A stretch of 64,000 bases of DNA from Amoebophrya sp. A120. Its lineage: Eukaryota; Protista; Dinoflagellata. Below the pieces are notes generated by a model. It worked only from the letters and a program-made list of their open reading frames with translations, did no database searches and was not told where the DNA came from. Each line of letters opens with the position of its first letter. Position 1 is the stretch's first letter. This document shows, one piece after another, positions 39,800 to 53,500 of the stretch. A program made the position numbers and the translations under genes. Where the stretch lies: the NCBI GenBank assembly GCA_905178155.1, contig CAJINV010000014.1, forward strand, positions 426,012 through 490,011, given 5' to 3'.

Positions 39800-42700
39800 T
39801 CACTGATGCTGCGGCTGTGGTACTACAACTTGCTGGTGCTGCGAAGGTTCTTGTCCACCAGTTCCACCAGGACCACCTCCCCTACCTCCGACATTGCTAT
39901 TGTTGCCTCCCCCGCCAATCACACTCGTTCCGCGCAAAGAGACATTTGAAGTTGCTCCCGGATGTTGATGATGCTGGACAGTAGTTGTACCACCTCCAGC
40001 ACCGCCCCCACCCCCCATCGGCGGATCGAACTGCGACTTCTGCTGTTGCACGATGCCCTGCGGAATAATGATGCGGTCGTCGCGCTGGAGAAGCAGAAGT
40101 CCCATGTTTTGATGAATCGGGTTGCTCCCGGTCGCGGCGGCTGCGTTGGCAGCACTACTAGCCGCCCCCGGTGTGACGACGCCACTGCGGATCCCGGACA
40201 CCGTGCCACTCTGCAAATTGGAATTTTGGTACAGGGCCTGTGCTACATTCATCGTCGTCCCGGTTGGGACGCCGAAGTTGTTGTGCGGTCCTGGAGGAGC
40301 TGCAGCTCCTCCCGGACCCGGGCCGGCGGCCGCGTGATTGATCGGGATGAATCTCGGCGTTTGCTGTCCGGACAAAAAGGTCGCCGTGCTCGTGCCCGAG
40401 CTGTTTTGCGCGGTCCGGAAGTCAAATTGAGTGATGGGGATCGTCGAGCTTTGGATCGCGGGGTGGGTGAAGATAATCTGGTGCTGCTGCTCTTGCGCCT
40501 GCTGCACAAGACCAGTGTTCATGCTCAGGCTCTGGTGGTCCATCGTGCCAATCGTGGCTGCGACGCCTTGCGAGGACTGCGTAGGAACAGTAGAAGTACT
40601 ACATGGTCCCCCATTCGCACCAGCTGAAACAAGGTTGTTCGCCGCGCCTCCGCCAACCAGGCCCGCGTTGAGGTCGAAATGCGGTGGCGGACTGGAGTTC
40701 GCGAGCAGGGAGAGCAGGGAATTCGAATTGCCGGAGGACGTACTGGACCGGCCCGCACTGCTTGGATGGTTTGTTGAATTTGAAGTCGCGGCCACGCCGG
40801 TGCTGGTCGAACTACTGCTGTGAGTTGCGGACGACAAGATCTCCCCGCCCGGGCCGCCCTGGACCAGGAGGGGTCCACCTCCGCCCGCAACGTTTTGGTG
40901 ATTGTTCTTGTTCATCACGGGTGTGTGGGGTGGCGCGATGGGTTGATGTTGATGCACCAAATGGTTATTCGTACTAGTTTGTTGATGCGAAGTGGAAACT
41001 ACAGCACCAGATGACACGAGTTGCTGGCGCGCGCCCGCCCCGGCTGGCTGCTGCAGCGTTGACGAAGTTGACATCATTAAACTATCCTCATCCACCTCCT
41101 TTATCGTGTCCCCCGCTCCACCTCCCGTCGTCGGCCCCCGACCTCCCCCGAGGTTCGTGGTCGCGACCACTTGACTCAGATCCATGCTGTCGGCCCGCAA
41201 GGTCTGCAAACTCCACCAGTTCGCGTCGGCGAGGGACTTCAGGTACGTCTCGTGCGCCTTCTGGTTGAACTCCGCGATGCGCTTCTTCAGCTCCACATTC
41301 TCGACCCGCATCTTGCGTAGCTGGTTGGACAAGCGCGCATCGTTGTAGCCGGCAACCTCCAGTTTCAGCTGCAGTTCCTCGTTCTGTTGCTTCAACTGTT
41401 GGTTCTCTGTGAGCAGAAAGGACTTTTCGGTCTCCAACTTTTCGATCTGGCCCTGCTGCTCCTGATTTCTGCGCGTCGTCGTTTCCACTTTGTGATGAAG
41501 CAGATCGAGATTGGCAGAGAGGGAGCAGTGTTTGCGATTTTTCGCTTTCGATGTGCTCGTTTTATTTTTCACCGTGGTCGTGGTCTCTGATGTCTCAGGT
41601 TTAACATTGCCGGCGCTGGTGGAAGACGAGGAGCTGCTCGAAGATGCAGAAGGATGTCGTCTTGGTTGCTTGTTTTCAGGTAGTGGTGGGGGTCCCTTGT
41701 GCTGTTCCACGAGCTTCTGGGAAGCGACACGCGCGGTGTCCTCCGGTTCTTCTTCTTCCAGAGCGGCAGCGCTCGTACTCGTCCTTGCCCCGTCTGGATC
41801 TACTTCTTGCGCCTTGATCGTGTTCTCTTCTGGTCCTCCGTGACCTCCTCGTCCGGTTTCCGACTTCCAGCGCCTTTTTGACGCTTGATTTTTACCGCTT
41901 GGAGGCGACAAGCCCGAACCGGTGGCGTTCGTGATTTCGTCGTTCTTCACGTTCAAACTGCAATTCTTTCCGTCGCCCTTGTCATCCTCATTTTCCTTCT
42001 CTTCCGGAGGATGATCCCTAGTTCGCCGCGACTCAGTGGAGACCATCTCGTGAACTGTTTTTGCCCGCCGCGGTGGAAGTCGCTGCTTCAATGTATGATC
42101 AAAATCCTGATCCTGTAGTTCTGATGTGGCACTACCAGAACTCCTGCTCGCGGTGTTGTAATCCTTAGCGTTCGACGTCCTAGAAGTACGACTACCCGTC
42201 CGATGTTGAAGCAGCTCTGGTGATGTTGATGGTCGTCTCTTGTTCGCACCGGTGGCGGTTGCTGTAGCATTTTTTTTCTCGTCGGTGAACTTCATATGGT
42301 CTTGTTCCGAAGATGCTGCAACGACCGGAAGATGTTGTTCCGGTGGCGGCACTGTTGGAATTCTACTCTTCAACGAAGCTGCAGATGGAGAACCTCCGAC
42401 CTCCTTATTTCTCGCTGTAGTTGATGCCGTTCTTGCGCTTGAAGTTCGCTGAATATTCTGACCTAGATTCTCCCTGCTACTCGACGAGAAAAACGCGGGC
42501 GGGGGTGGAGGTGGCGGGACCTCTTCATCCGCTTCTTCCTCCACGTCGGGGAGCTGGAAATGACTGGCCGCCGCGTAGAAGAGGTCCTCGTGCGGGAGGT
42601 AAGATGGTGTAGTTGTAGCCGGACTTGTGCTACTTCTGGCGGTGTTATTTGAGAATTGTTGCGCAGCCGCTGAAGCGGATCCCGGGATCTGCGGTCGTTG

Positions 42701-45152
42701 CTGTTGCCCCGTACTAGCAACAGCTAGGTCGCGAAAGTTCGTCCCGACATGACTGGAGGAGGCCGAGCTATGATTCATCAATCCGCCAGAAGTCTGGAAG
42801 CCTTGATGAAAGAGCGGCGGGTAGTTGCTGTGCATGTGCTGTTGCTGCTGTGACGCGGTGTGGTCGACGAACAAGCCCGTATTAGGTGGTCCTCTCGCTT
42901 GTGTCGAAGTTGTTCTCGGCTGCACAACGTGGTCGTGTCTGTGATCCACAAGCACGTGCTGTCCACCCACGTTGACATAGCTGTAGTACCCACCGTTGTA
43001 GGTGTCGTAATAGGTCGTCGCCGGCGGGGCCGCACCTCCGCCGCCGACTGCTCCTGACGCAGCTGTAGCAGAAGCCCCTACAACAACGGCACTGCCAGCT
43101 GTAGAGGAGATCGGTACAGGGTAGTACGCACCCATCGCATCCGGGCCGGCAAGCACGGTGGTTCCCGAGTTGATGTCGTGATAGGGAGGGGTCAGGAGGT
43201 GCGCCGAGGTTGATGTGCTTCTATCCGCCGCATTGATGTCGTGGTGGTCCACAAACTGGTAGGGGTTCGGCGCAAATTCCGCCCCGGAAGTCGTAGTTAC
43301 AGGAAGATCTGCTCCCGTCTGTGTGGTCCAGAGATAGTGTGGATCTATTACCTGCTGCTGCTTAGTATTATCATGATAGCCCCCGCCAGTCTTTCTTGCA
43401 CCGCTGAGTTTTTTACCATGTTTCAAATGTTTCCCGCCGCCGGTGAGAATCTCCACGACACGAGCTCCCCCCGAGGACGAGCCGCGCGAAGGACCAGGAG
43501 CCTGCTTACTACTAGAAGACGTTGCACCTCCTCCTCGGCCGCTGTACTTACTCGCGCCGTCTCCAACCGATGAAAGTTGTATTTCTTTGATGTGAAGATT
43601 CTGCTTGTTGCTGCCTTTTGTCCTTTCCTTCCTTCTACCTTTCTGTTTCTGGATTCCGTTTTCGTCCTGGTTATCTTTTTCATCCCCGTCTTCTACCTGT
43701 TGCTTCGCACCTTCTCTTCGAGGTGCATTTTCCACGAACTCGTCCTCTTGCTGACGCAGCTGCGTTTGCCCTTTTGCTACAGCCTTTGGCTTTGCGCTTC
43801 CTTGTGCGCCAGTAGTTCTTGCGCCGCTTGCATTCTCTTCCTCGTTCACGACGAGGGCTTGCGCTTGTGCCGTCTCACCAACATCTACTCCTGTAGCCAC
43901 TGCGTCTGCGTCACGAGGATCATCTGCTGGAGCGCTGCTATGATGATCCTGCTCGACCAAAACAAGGTAAAAATCGGTTCGCGCTGGTTCGGGTATCAGC
44001 TGCAACGCCTGCAGAGACGAAACTTCCACCTCCACGCCGTGGTCCTCATCAGTGGATAAGAAAATATCGCAGCTCTTGAGTTCGGCCGCTATGGGTTTTC
44101 GAAACTCCTGTTTGACAACAGGTCGTGGTCCACCTGCAGTAGAAGTAGAAGAAGAACCGCCGTCCTGCTGGAACCAGCACAGGCAGTCCTCGAGAAAATG
44201 CCGAATCTTCTTGTACTTTTGCCCAATGTAGGCCTCGAGCTCCAGGAGTTGTTCTTCCTCCAAAATTATACAGTCTCTGTCTTTTTCCACCTTTTCGAGA
44301 CCTACACCTGCAGCTGCCGCAGCGAAGAAGAGGGCCTCGCGCAGCTGGGACAGCTGTGCCCGTTTCCTCTTTCTGACTACTTTCTGCAGCGCGATGTAGA
44401 AATTTTTCCAAATTCGTTTTTCCTCATCCGTTGTCGGCTGGCGAGAGCCGCTGATGGGTTTCGCAGGTTTAGAAGCGCTTGTTCCTGTTGATAGGGGGGC
44501 CGTCGCCGCTGCTTTGGGGTGACGCAGAGGAGGAGCATCTTTTGAGGATGACGTTGTACCATTTTTTGGATCGGAAGACGCTTTCTTCTTCTTCTGGCTG
44601 ACTGGTCCGTTGCCCTTGAGTCTATTATCCACCGCTAGAGGTCGCTGCAGCACGCCTGAAAAATGAGAGAATGAGAAAATTATACGTCGTCTCTTTTTTA
44701 TTCGTAAAAGTAATTCTCTATGATCACCAGCAGGGGAACTACACTGGCTCTGCGATTTTCATAGTTCTTGTGCACATCGTCTTGGAAACTTGTTAAATGA
44801 CACGAAGTACGTAGACACAGCGGACATATACTCAAGTCAACAAGTTGCACTCAGGTTATCTTCAATCTATACCCTGATGCGACATAGGCAATGCCCTGCT
44901 TTCACTTTGTGCTGCTGGCCTCGGAGTCTGCTGCTCTCCTTCTGGTCGCGGACCTACAGCTCTTTGTTGAGAGGAAGAAGAAGAGGACGCAGCACCGTCC
45001 TCAAGAAGCGTTGGCCCATCAGGAACGAGCGGTCCATCGTTCTCAACGTCAAGGATTCCACCCAGATGACTAGCAGTGTCGGAATGAAATTGCTCCCCAT
45101 CAGGAGGAGTAGCCGGCGTAGTACCAGTAACAGCAGGCATTTTTTGATGCAA
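39800..45152 (-). CDS. Very large low-complexity protein with a coiled coil (start uncertain)
   Basis: 1617-aa ORF joined in frame to ORF 44862-45152 by a GT-AG intron (catcagg|gtatag...tttcag|gcgtg = HQGVLQ); coiled coil QIEKLETEKSFLLTENQQLKQQNEELQLKLE. Confidence 0.75.
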
Positions 45153-46767
45153 CTACGTCTACCACGTGTGAAGAAGATGTAGTGGTCCTGCGACAAAAGC
45201 ACACAGTTTCGAGAGCGGACTGCGCATGCCCCCCGATACCGATTTCTTGTAGTAGTAGTGGTTGTGCGAATTATTTTTTGTAATCGCAAGCGACATGTTG
45301 ATTTCGTGATTGTAGCATCGGAGGTGGGATAACTGGCGTTTACAGGGGGTTGGTGGGTTGATCGCGCCGATCTCAGACTGTACTAATCGTAACGTATCAA
45401 ACTGGCACAGACAAAACTTCACCAAGGAAGGATAAGACCAGAGCCAATATTGTACACAGAACTTTACTGAAAGCCAGCGTGGCTCCTAAAGTGGTTCCAC
45501 AGTCAAATCACAAAATCTTCGTGTACTACTATACTTACTAAAAAAGCTTGGGTATGGGTTAACTGCCTCGGTCGTGCGCAACTAGAAGAACTATGGGGAA
45601 CTCGAAAACAGGAAGGGTGTAAAAGCGGGATCATCTCTTCTCTATCGGGTTCAGGGGTGCCTGTGAAATAAAATGAACGTCAGGTCGCGTTGGAGGACAA
45701 CGTCGAAACAGAGCGAAATCCAAAATATGAGTGCAAATACAAACACTTCTGCAAGTAAACAGGATCAGCTTTTTCTCATTTGGTTTTTCTCGAAGTCGAA
45801 GGGACGAATCTTTCGTTTTTTGACATGATGAAGCGCGGTTGTTCATGATGCGCTTGCGCATTGTTCTGTTCTTGCGAACGGAGAGTAGAACGATGTCGTG
45901 GAAAAAACAAGCACGAACGACGACGAGAGCAATTGATTCCACAATTTTCATGGGAACGAGAGGCAAGGAACAAATACAAAGGACAACCGAATAAATCTGC
46001 GTAATATTATGCGACGTTCTCTGAAATAAAAGCCTGGGCAGAAAATTCGTTGCGAATAGAACGTGAACCTCCGCTACAACCTCCTACAAATTCCAAGCGC
46101 AACGGTCATCTTGATCGTTATCACTGCAACTGCTACTTTTCAATCTTTTGACATTTGCCTTTGAAAAAGATGAACAGCACGGGCTTTTCAGAACAGTGCT
46201 TCGAGAAGATGATCAGAGCGACATCAAAGCCATTCTCTCCAGCATAGCGCTTGTTGGTATTTTACGTTTTTTTCCGATCCAGCTCAAGCTTGCAGCGTAC
46301 GTTAGAATAATACCAGTTGTTCCCGAAGATTCTCGTCCCTGTAAAAATCCGCAACACGGAAGATTCATGGACTAGACATGGTAAAAGCATTTCGTGTAAA
46401 CAAAAGAGTGTAAGGATATTGTCTTGTCCGTCTGAGAATCCATTTATCATCAAGAAATGCGCGATAAATTTCTCAGCGGAGCGACGTGTGACACAGTGAC
46501 AATGTGAAGAACTGCGATCGTGGGGTCATTTTGACATGATCTCTCTGGTGGGTTTGCATTTTTGTTATGGAAGGAATGCACAAGCACAAAATCTTGGTCT
46601 TATCTAGTTCCTGCCCGATGAAGCTACAGGATAATCGCTTCATCAATGTGCATTTTGATTCTTACAACTTCATGAAAACTACGAAGCGCAGTCATTTTTA
46701 TTTTGACCAAGGAAAAATTTGTACAAACACCGATGCCTCCTTCGAGTTGGTACTATCCACCGTTCTT

Positions 46768-49519
46768 CTATGCGCCCCCGATTTTTCCCGCGGACGCGCG
46801 CTCCTTTTCTGCCGAGACCTTCAGGGAGTCGATCAGGAGGTCGATCTTGCCCATCCATTTTTCCAACACGTTGTCCAAGTGTTGCCACTCCTTCTGCCCG
46901 AATTTCCGCTGCAAGACGGACTGCACGGTCAAGATTTGCCTGACCTCGTCGATGCGGCCCACCAGCACATTGTAGTGCGTGGCCTCGATGATCAGATCGT
47001 CGACATCCTCGATCTTCAGCGCCTCCCGGATCTCCTTCAACGGGACCTCTTGCCTCCCCTCGCACAGACTGCACAAAGTCAGAACGCGGAGCTTGTTCTC
47101 AATGCAGGATTCGGGGACCTGGTGGAGTTCCGATAAGAAATTGTTTGGGGTATTTCAATAGCTATGTTGAGATATTTTGCGTCTCACTGTACTAGCTAAC
47201 AAGAAGACCAGGAAATTGATTTCCAATTGTCCAGGTTGGCGGCGCCAGATACTACGTGCAAAAATCTATCAAAAAAAGGGGAATATTATACATCCAGCTC
47301 CTGCAAAAATCCGGTGTGTTTTGACTTAAAGGCGGCCAGGTCGGCAATGGTGCCGCTAACGAAGAGCTGCAAAAGTGCAACCATCTTTGCGACCTTGTCG
47401 TTGCTTTTGGAAGCCTTCTGCAGAACCTCAATTTCGAGGAGACCCTCGACCTGTGATAATTCAAATTTTCAAGGGAATCTATCTCGCAAAATGAATTGCT
47501 GCGAACAAAATGTTCTTGGAAAATCAGTAACAATTTCACTTTCATCTTCGAGCAGTTCCCGCTTCCGTCTGTTGTCATGCATCTATATGCATATTCTTTA
47601 CATCGTCATCGTGATCGTCCTTGTGGTAAGATTGCAGTACCTCAAACACGCTTGGCAGCTTGATGACTTCTTGCACGAAGAGTTTTATCGCGGCGAGACT
47701 CCTGTCGTTGACTTCCGTTTCGTATCGCAGGTATTTCTCCAGCCACTGGAACGCGAGCTCCTCCGGCAGGGACGCCATGGAGAGCTTGACCTCGGGCTTC
47801 AGTTTCGGGATTTGCATGGCGATCAGATGGTAGAGCTCCTTCTTGTCTGCCCGCTATCCTGAGTAAAAACGTACCCACACCAGAGTCAGGATGGGGATTT
47901 ATTTGCAACACAACCCTAGGAGTTTTGTGAGTCACGCATGACAAGCCACACAATGCAGTGTAGTGCAGGTTAGCAAGTGCAGCCGCATCACAGATTCATC
48001 TGCTCATCCTGTTCACAGCATCACAAATTCCAAAACACGATTAGAAATGGCTCTCATCGGGATGCGCGTTACAAGTCTTCCCGTCTTTGCAAATCTGCAT
48101 TACAACTCTGGCGTGGGTACGTTTTTACTCAGGATACCTCCGCGTTGAAATCCTCATTGTCTTCCAGATGCTGTGCCCACGTGCTCATCCACGTTTCGAA
48201 ATCATTCAGGTACACAACCATTTCCTGTTGATGGATAGTTTTTTTCTATATTCATTATCTATCTCTATCATGCATGACAAACCCACATAATCGATTCTCG
48301 GTATTGTATCATTACGCAACACAAACAATTGTTTGAATACGTGAAAGAGCTCGTTATCCGCTGCGAAGTTCAAGACGCCGAAGAAAATTTTCCTGGAGAC
48401 TTCTGCTGCTACTATCCAAGGAAAGCACTGTGTTAGTCGTGTAGGCGTCTTGGAGTGACAGGATGACACATCTTTTGCTCTTCAAGACAGGGAAAATGTA
48501 GAACTGTCATACATGGCTAGTACGTGCTCGTGCACAGCACGCGGACATGGCAAGAGAATGAAAACTTCATTGGTGTGGTTTGCATGACAAGAACTGTAAT
48601 CCCTATTCTTTTTGCAGTTTCTGCATCACATACTTAATACACGTAAACACAGTTTATTTTTTCTTGCATAGTTACTCCTGTGATGGGAATACTGTTGTAT
48701 GTCTGCATCAGCATCTTCAATCGAAGCTGAGGGTATTCCTGTCCGGAAAGAAGCAGCTCGACGACCTGCGAACGTGAAGTGTTGTCAAATTCAAGAGAAT
48801 GAAAATGGATATGTTACAAGTTGTAAAGTAGCAAAACAAAAAACTTCATCAAGCACTATCGTGCAATTAATGTCGGAGTAAAAACAAATTTCTAATGCAC
48901 ACCACGTCAAATAGGGCACAACTGCAGGGTAAAAAAAACCTAATATACCTTCGAAACTGCGGCTTGGAGTTTTGGGACGGTATCCATAGCATTCCCGAGC
49001 ATGTAGATCAGCGTTGAAAAGTAGCACTCGATCTGTTATTTTGTTTTTCGTAAATAACTCTTCACGTGGGTGTAGTGATGCAATAGACATACAGCAGGCA
49101 CTGCTCCAAGAGCAATATCTTGCACGAAATATCACGTCCTGGCCGTCCTACTAGTTGTAGAAAGCTCCAGTACTGCCATTCTGAAACTGAATGCACAAAC
49201 CAGCACTGGAACAAAATAAAACCTGTTTATTGCCAATAAGCACCAACACACAGCATACCTTTTCCTGCACGCTGCCGATGCTGCTTCCCCCTACTCGCTT
49301 CTTTTCCTGCTGGGTGACGATGAGGTCGCATTGTTCCGCGAAGAGCTGGAAGATGGCGTACCCGTTGTCTTTCTCGATTTCCGAGACAAAAGACTGTTCA
49401 AACTGCTCGATCTTTGCGTCTGGCGTGTTGTTATCTTTCATCAGTTGCTGGATCATCCGAGCCACCGGGAACACGTCCTGGTTTTGGTCGTCATTGGGGG
49501 CAGCGATGATCTTCGACAT
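46768..49519 (-). CDS. EIF3M: Eukaryotic translation initiation factor 3 subunit M (PCI domain), multi-exon
   Basis: Hand-spliced segments PQLRLKMLMQTYN, KLPSVFEVEGLLEIE, LLQLFVSGTIADLAAF, ENKLRVLTLCSL and GRIDEVRQILTVQSVLQRKFGQKEWQHLDNVLEKW match the eIF3m pattern as I recall it; one internal exon boundary (~48.8-49.1 kb) is unresolved. Confidence 0.82.
47855..48136. mobile_element. Introner with near-perfect 32-bp TIR; also spliceable as GT-AG (47854-48137)
   Basis: tatcctgagtaaaaacgtacccacaccagagt / actctggcgtgggtacgtttttactcaggata; four gcatNaca motifs inside. Confidence 0.9.
48413..48691. mobile_element. Decayed introner-like intron, GT-AG compatible
   Basis: tatcc...gaata ends, internal gcatgacaag and gcatcaca; TIR otherwise lost; frame restored. 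Confidence 0.45.
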
Positions 49520-50596
49520 GGCTTGGGGGTTTTATGCTTGAAGGAAGCTACAGAAAATACGTATGCACTACTAGAAAAAACGCGTAAAAAGAAAACACCT
49601 CCGGCGGTTCGTTGCAATTCATGGATATGCCTGATCAAGGCTTTTCTATACCTACGATAAGGACTTCTAAATGCACAAAAAGGCCTGTGAAAATAAATTC
49701 AAATTCAATGAAGCATTAGATTGGAAAACGGCCATCAGGTCGTGCAGGACAACAGCCCCTACACGAATATCGTATGCCAATTCATCAATTTCGTTCAGTA
49801 GTGCAGATCTCGCTCGCACTAGCAGGAATGAGCAGGATCTTTTTTCTTTCAACTTTCTTCTCGAAAGTGTTTTTTCGTTTGAGTATTTCTCTATGATCCT
49901 GTGCCTCTTCAGCCTTGCTTGTGCAGATCTGCTGGATGAAGTCTTCAATCATACAGCGTGTGTGATGTGATCATACCACCAGAAACTTCTGTTTACCACC
50001 TGTGCGGATCTTTATTTTTCAGTGAAATGAAAAGTGAAAAAGAAGAAGTGCGCACGCTTTCTGGGGAAGCTGTAGGATCTTGGATGCTCGACTTCGGAAA
50101 GGAAAAACGCACTGCACATGAGCGTGAACCACATGTTGAACAAGATTGATCGAAAAATATAAATAATTGCAGCCATCAAAGATATATAAATCGCTTGCGC
50201 TTCTCCGAAGATGAAAAAAACATTTATAGCTGTGACACTTCTTGGAAAGACACTGACACGGTGGGATTTCCACTTTCCCTTTATCTCCATGCTCTGAAAT
50301 ATGCTAATGCAGAAGCATGTCCGTAGTACTTGCGCATACGCGGTTTACTGGTTTCCGTCGGTTTTGGTTTTCTTTTTCTCTTATAAAAGAAACAACCCCG
50401 CCCAGCTCCGCCCGCTAAGCAAGGGCGTAAACTTGAGCTCGAGGAACTGCTTCCCGTTAGAGCTTGTTGCAATGGCGAATTGTATGCGTTAGGAGCTGCA
50501 CGACGGAATCCCCGTGTATCCGCACTTCCAGGTGTGGACACGACAGTGCCAGGCTCGTCTGTCACCATAGCTGCGCCACTAAAATTGCTACCCCAA

Positions 50597-53500
50597 TTAT
50601 ACCCCCCACGCACCTCCACCAGTTGCAGCAGGCGACTCGCCGTTGTCGAGACTGTACGGGCTAGGGCTACCGTATGTGGAGGCACCTTCCCCTCCGGAGC
50701 CTAAAGCATAGTAATGCTGTTCGGCGACCGGAGCAATATGCTGTTGGTGGTTGTATTGTTCGTACTGGTTCGACGGTGTGTAGGACGATGCTGCGCTTGG
50801 CGTCGGCGTTGCTGCCTGGCTATGATTGTTGTAGCCACTATAGCCAACATTGTGGTAACTATTATAGCTGCCCTGCCCCTGCTGCTGCTGGTCATAATGA
50901 AAATTATTATCATACTGCCGCTGTTCCTGCTCCCAGTGCTCCCGTTGCTGTTCCTCCCACTGCCTCTGTTGTTCCCGTTGGTCTAGCCACTTCAAGTTTT
51001 TTTGCAACATCCGCTCCGTCCAAAAGTTATTAAGAGGAAAAATCCCCCCTCCCCATATCGAAAAGGTATGCTTCCGGAAATTTGTGATGCTGATTTGCGA
51101 CCTCAAATCACGTCTGTCTTGCAAGAAGGCAACTCGACAAGCTACGCAGCATTGTGCAGGCGGTTTGTGATGCTGATGGGCCTACAGCACGGACGTTTCT
51201 CATGCTAGACGCCTAGGCCAGAGCCTCTCTACTCAGGCTTAGTATGGGGCTGCATTCCTCTCCAGCAAGACAGATCTTATTTGTGTCCGCAAATCCTGCA
51301 TCAGAAACTTCGTTTTGATATGGGGAGGGGGGAAGGGGATTTTTCCTGTTGATAAAAGTGCCGGTCTTGCACGACCCGAGCCTTGTACTTCTCGAACGTG
51401 CTACTGACGTAATTATCCACAGTAAATTTCCCGTACACGTACAAATGCAGTCTCTGCATGACAAAACTTGCCTTCAGTCCTAGTCTAGCATGACAAGTTG
51501 GACACTGCAAGTTAGCGAAATTTGCCATGCATTTTGTACATGTACGGGATATTTACATTGCATAATAATGGAGTGCATTCACCACCTCTTCCATTCCATA
51601 CCCATCGTAGTGCTCCTGCAACACCGCGCGTCCCTTCGGCGAAAAGTCGCAGGGTCGAAGGTGGTCAAAGAGGTAAGCCTGCAGCTTTTGTAGCAGAGGT
51701 GCGGCCGCAGCGGATGAGGATGTCGTCTTGGCCGCGCCGTTCTTTCCCGACACAGTGACCGGCTCCTGGGGTCCGACGTTCAGTGTGGTTTTCAAGAATT
51801 CCTCGAAGCTGTCCTCTTCGTTCGAGGTTTCGGTCAGCGCAGACAGCATGCTGTTCGGCTCCTCGAGCTGGATATTCACATGACTTTCGTTGTTTGCTGC
51901 ACTTGATTCTTGTGGTCTTGTACCACCAGCGGCGAGGATGTCCTCGACAGAAGCTGCTTGTGAATGATCGCTTTCCAGATCATGACCGTCGGCACGACAA
52001 GTTGTACTTGTTCCGTCTTGTTTGCTCTTCTGTTCTTCCGCTGCGAGAAGTAGTACAACTTCGTTCTCCCTTTTCTCTTCGTACCCCAGTAAAATCGCTT
52101 TCCGCACGTGCTCAAACAGCCCGCCTGACAACGTTTTCACAAAATTCTGGTCTTCTTTGTAAGAACCTCCCCACAAGGTTTCGTAAATGGCCCTCTCGTA
52201 TCAAATGTAAAAATGTCTGGGTCTGGAAAAATGCACGTTTGTCATGCTTGTCTGGCATGACTCTTTAAATCTGTCATGCACGTTACCCAAGAGCTTCGTT
52301 TTTCTGTGATGCAGAAACGCAGTTTGTCATGCAGAATAGGCAACACCTGGAAGCTCAGAAACTTGTGATGCTGAGCCAGCATTTGTGGCCTCAGCATGAG
52401 ACGCCACCCAGCATCACAAGTTTCCAGACATCCAGGGATTTTTACATTTGATATCTCGACTGCACTGGACCCCGCCAACGTTGCGAAGTCAATCAGGCTG
52501 CCCAGGTCCCGCTCCGGGTTCGCCTATGGATGTGTCAGGATCGAAATCGACAAAATTGAAAGATTTGCGATGCATAAAATGTAGGGCACTTCTGAAGGCC
52601 TGTATTGGGGAGCAGGCAAATGGGACCGATTGCAAGCCTCTTTAGGGGTATGCAATGCGCTGCCAGAGTAGCTGCACGACAGGAGGAGTCTTCTTTGCCC
52701 AAACAGCATGACAGACTGGATCTGGGTGCTCCCGAAATTTGTAATGCGCCACTTGGAAACTGAGGCTCTAACTGACATCGATTTTGTGCATCACAAGTTT
52801 TTCGATTTTGTCGATTTCGATCCTGACACATCCATATCGCCAATTTGCAGAGGATTCGCTCCACGGTGCGGATCAACACCGCGTTCTTGAACCTCTCCCG
52901 CTGTTCCTCCTGCAGTCTCTTCTCCCGCTCTTCCGGCTTTTCCTTACTCGTATTCGCCTCGAACATAGCGACGGCCCGGGACAAACCGACCACCCGAGAC
53001 ACGAACAAGGACTCAAAGTGGCGCTTCATAGCCAGCAAGTAAGACACGTCGACCGCGGCGTACGCGAGTAGAATTCCCTGCATGGGCCGCTCGGCCCAGA
53101 CGTGGTAGCCGCCGCCGCGGCGGGGGTCGTAGAGAGCTTTCCCGCGCTCCTTCAAATCGGAAAACACGTCGCCGAGGTTCACTTCTTGATGGTGTGCGTT
53201 ATTTTGCTGGAGGTTCATCTGTTCTTCTTCTTGCGAAGATTTTTCATGATGGGCGTTTGAAGAAGCTGCATGCTTTTCTGGTGGTACAACCTGGTGGTCG
53301 CGACTTGTTCTACTAGCGTCCTCGAGCAGATGAGGTTGCACAGAGTTCGGTCCAGGACTAGCACCGGAGCGGCCGGTCGTATGGCTACAACTAGGCGCAG
53401 GAGTTGTACTACTAGTCGCCTCATCAAAGTACGCCCCGAGCGCTTTGGGCAAGCCTTTCAGGTGTCGCGCGTAGTTTTGCCCGACCGACTCGGATATGCA

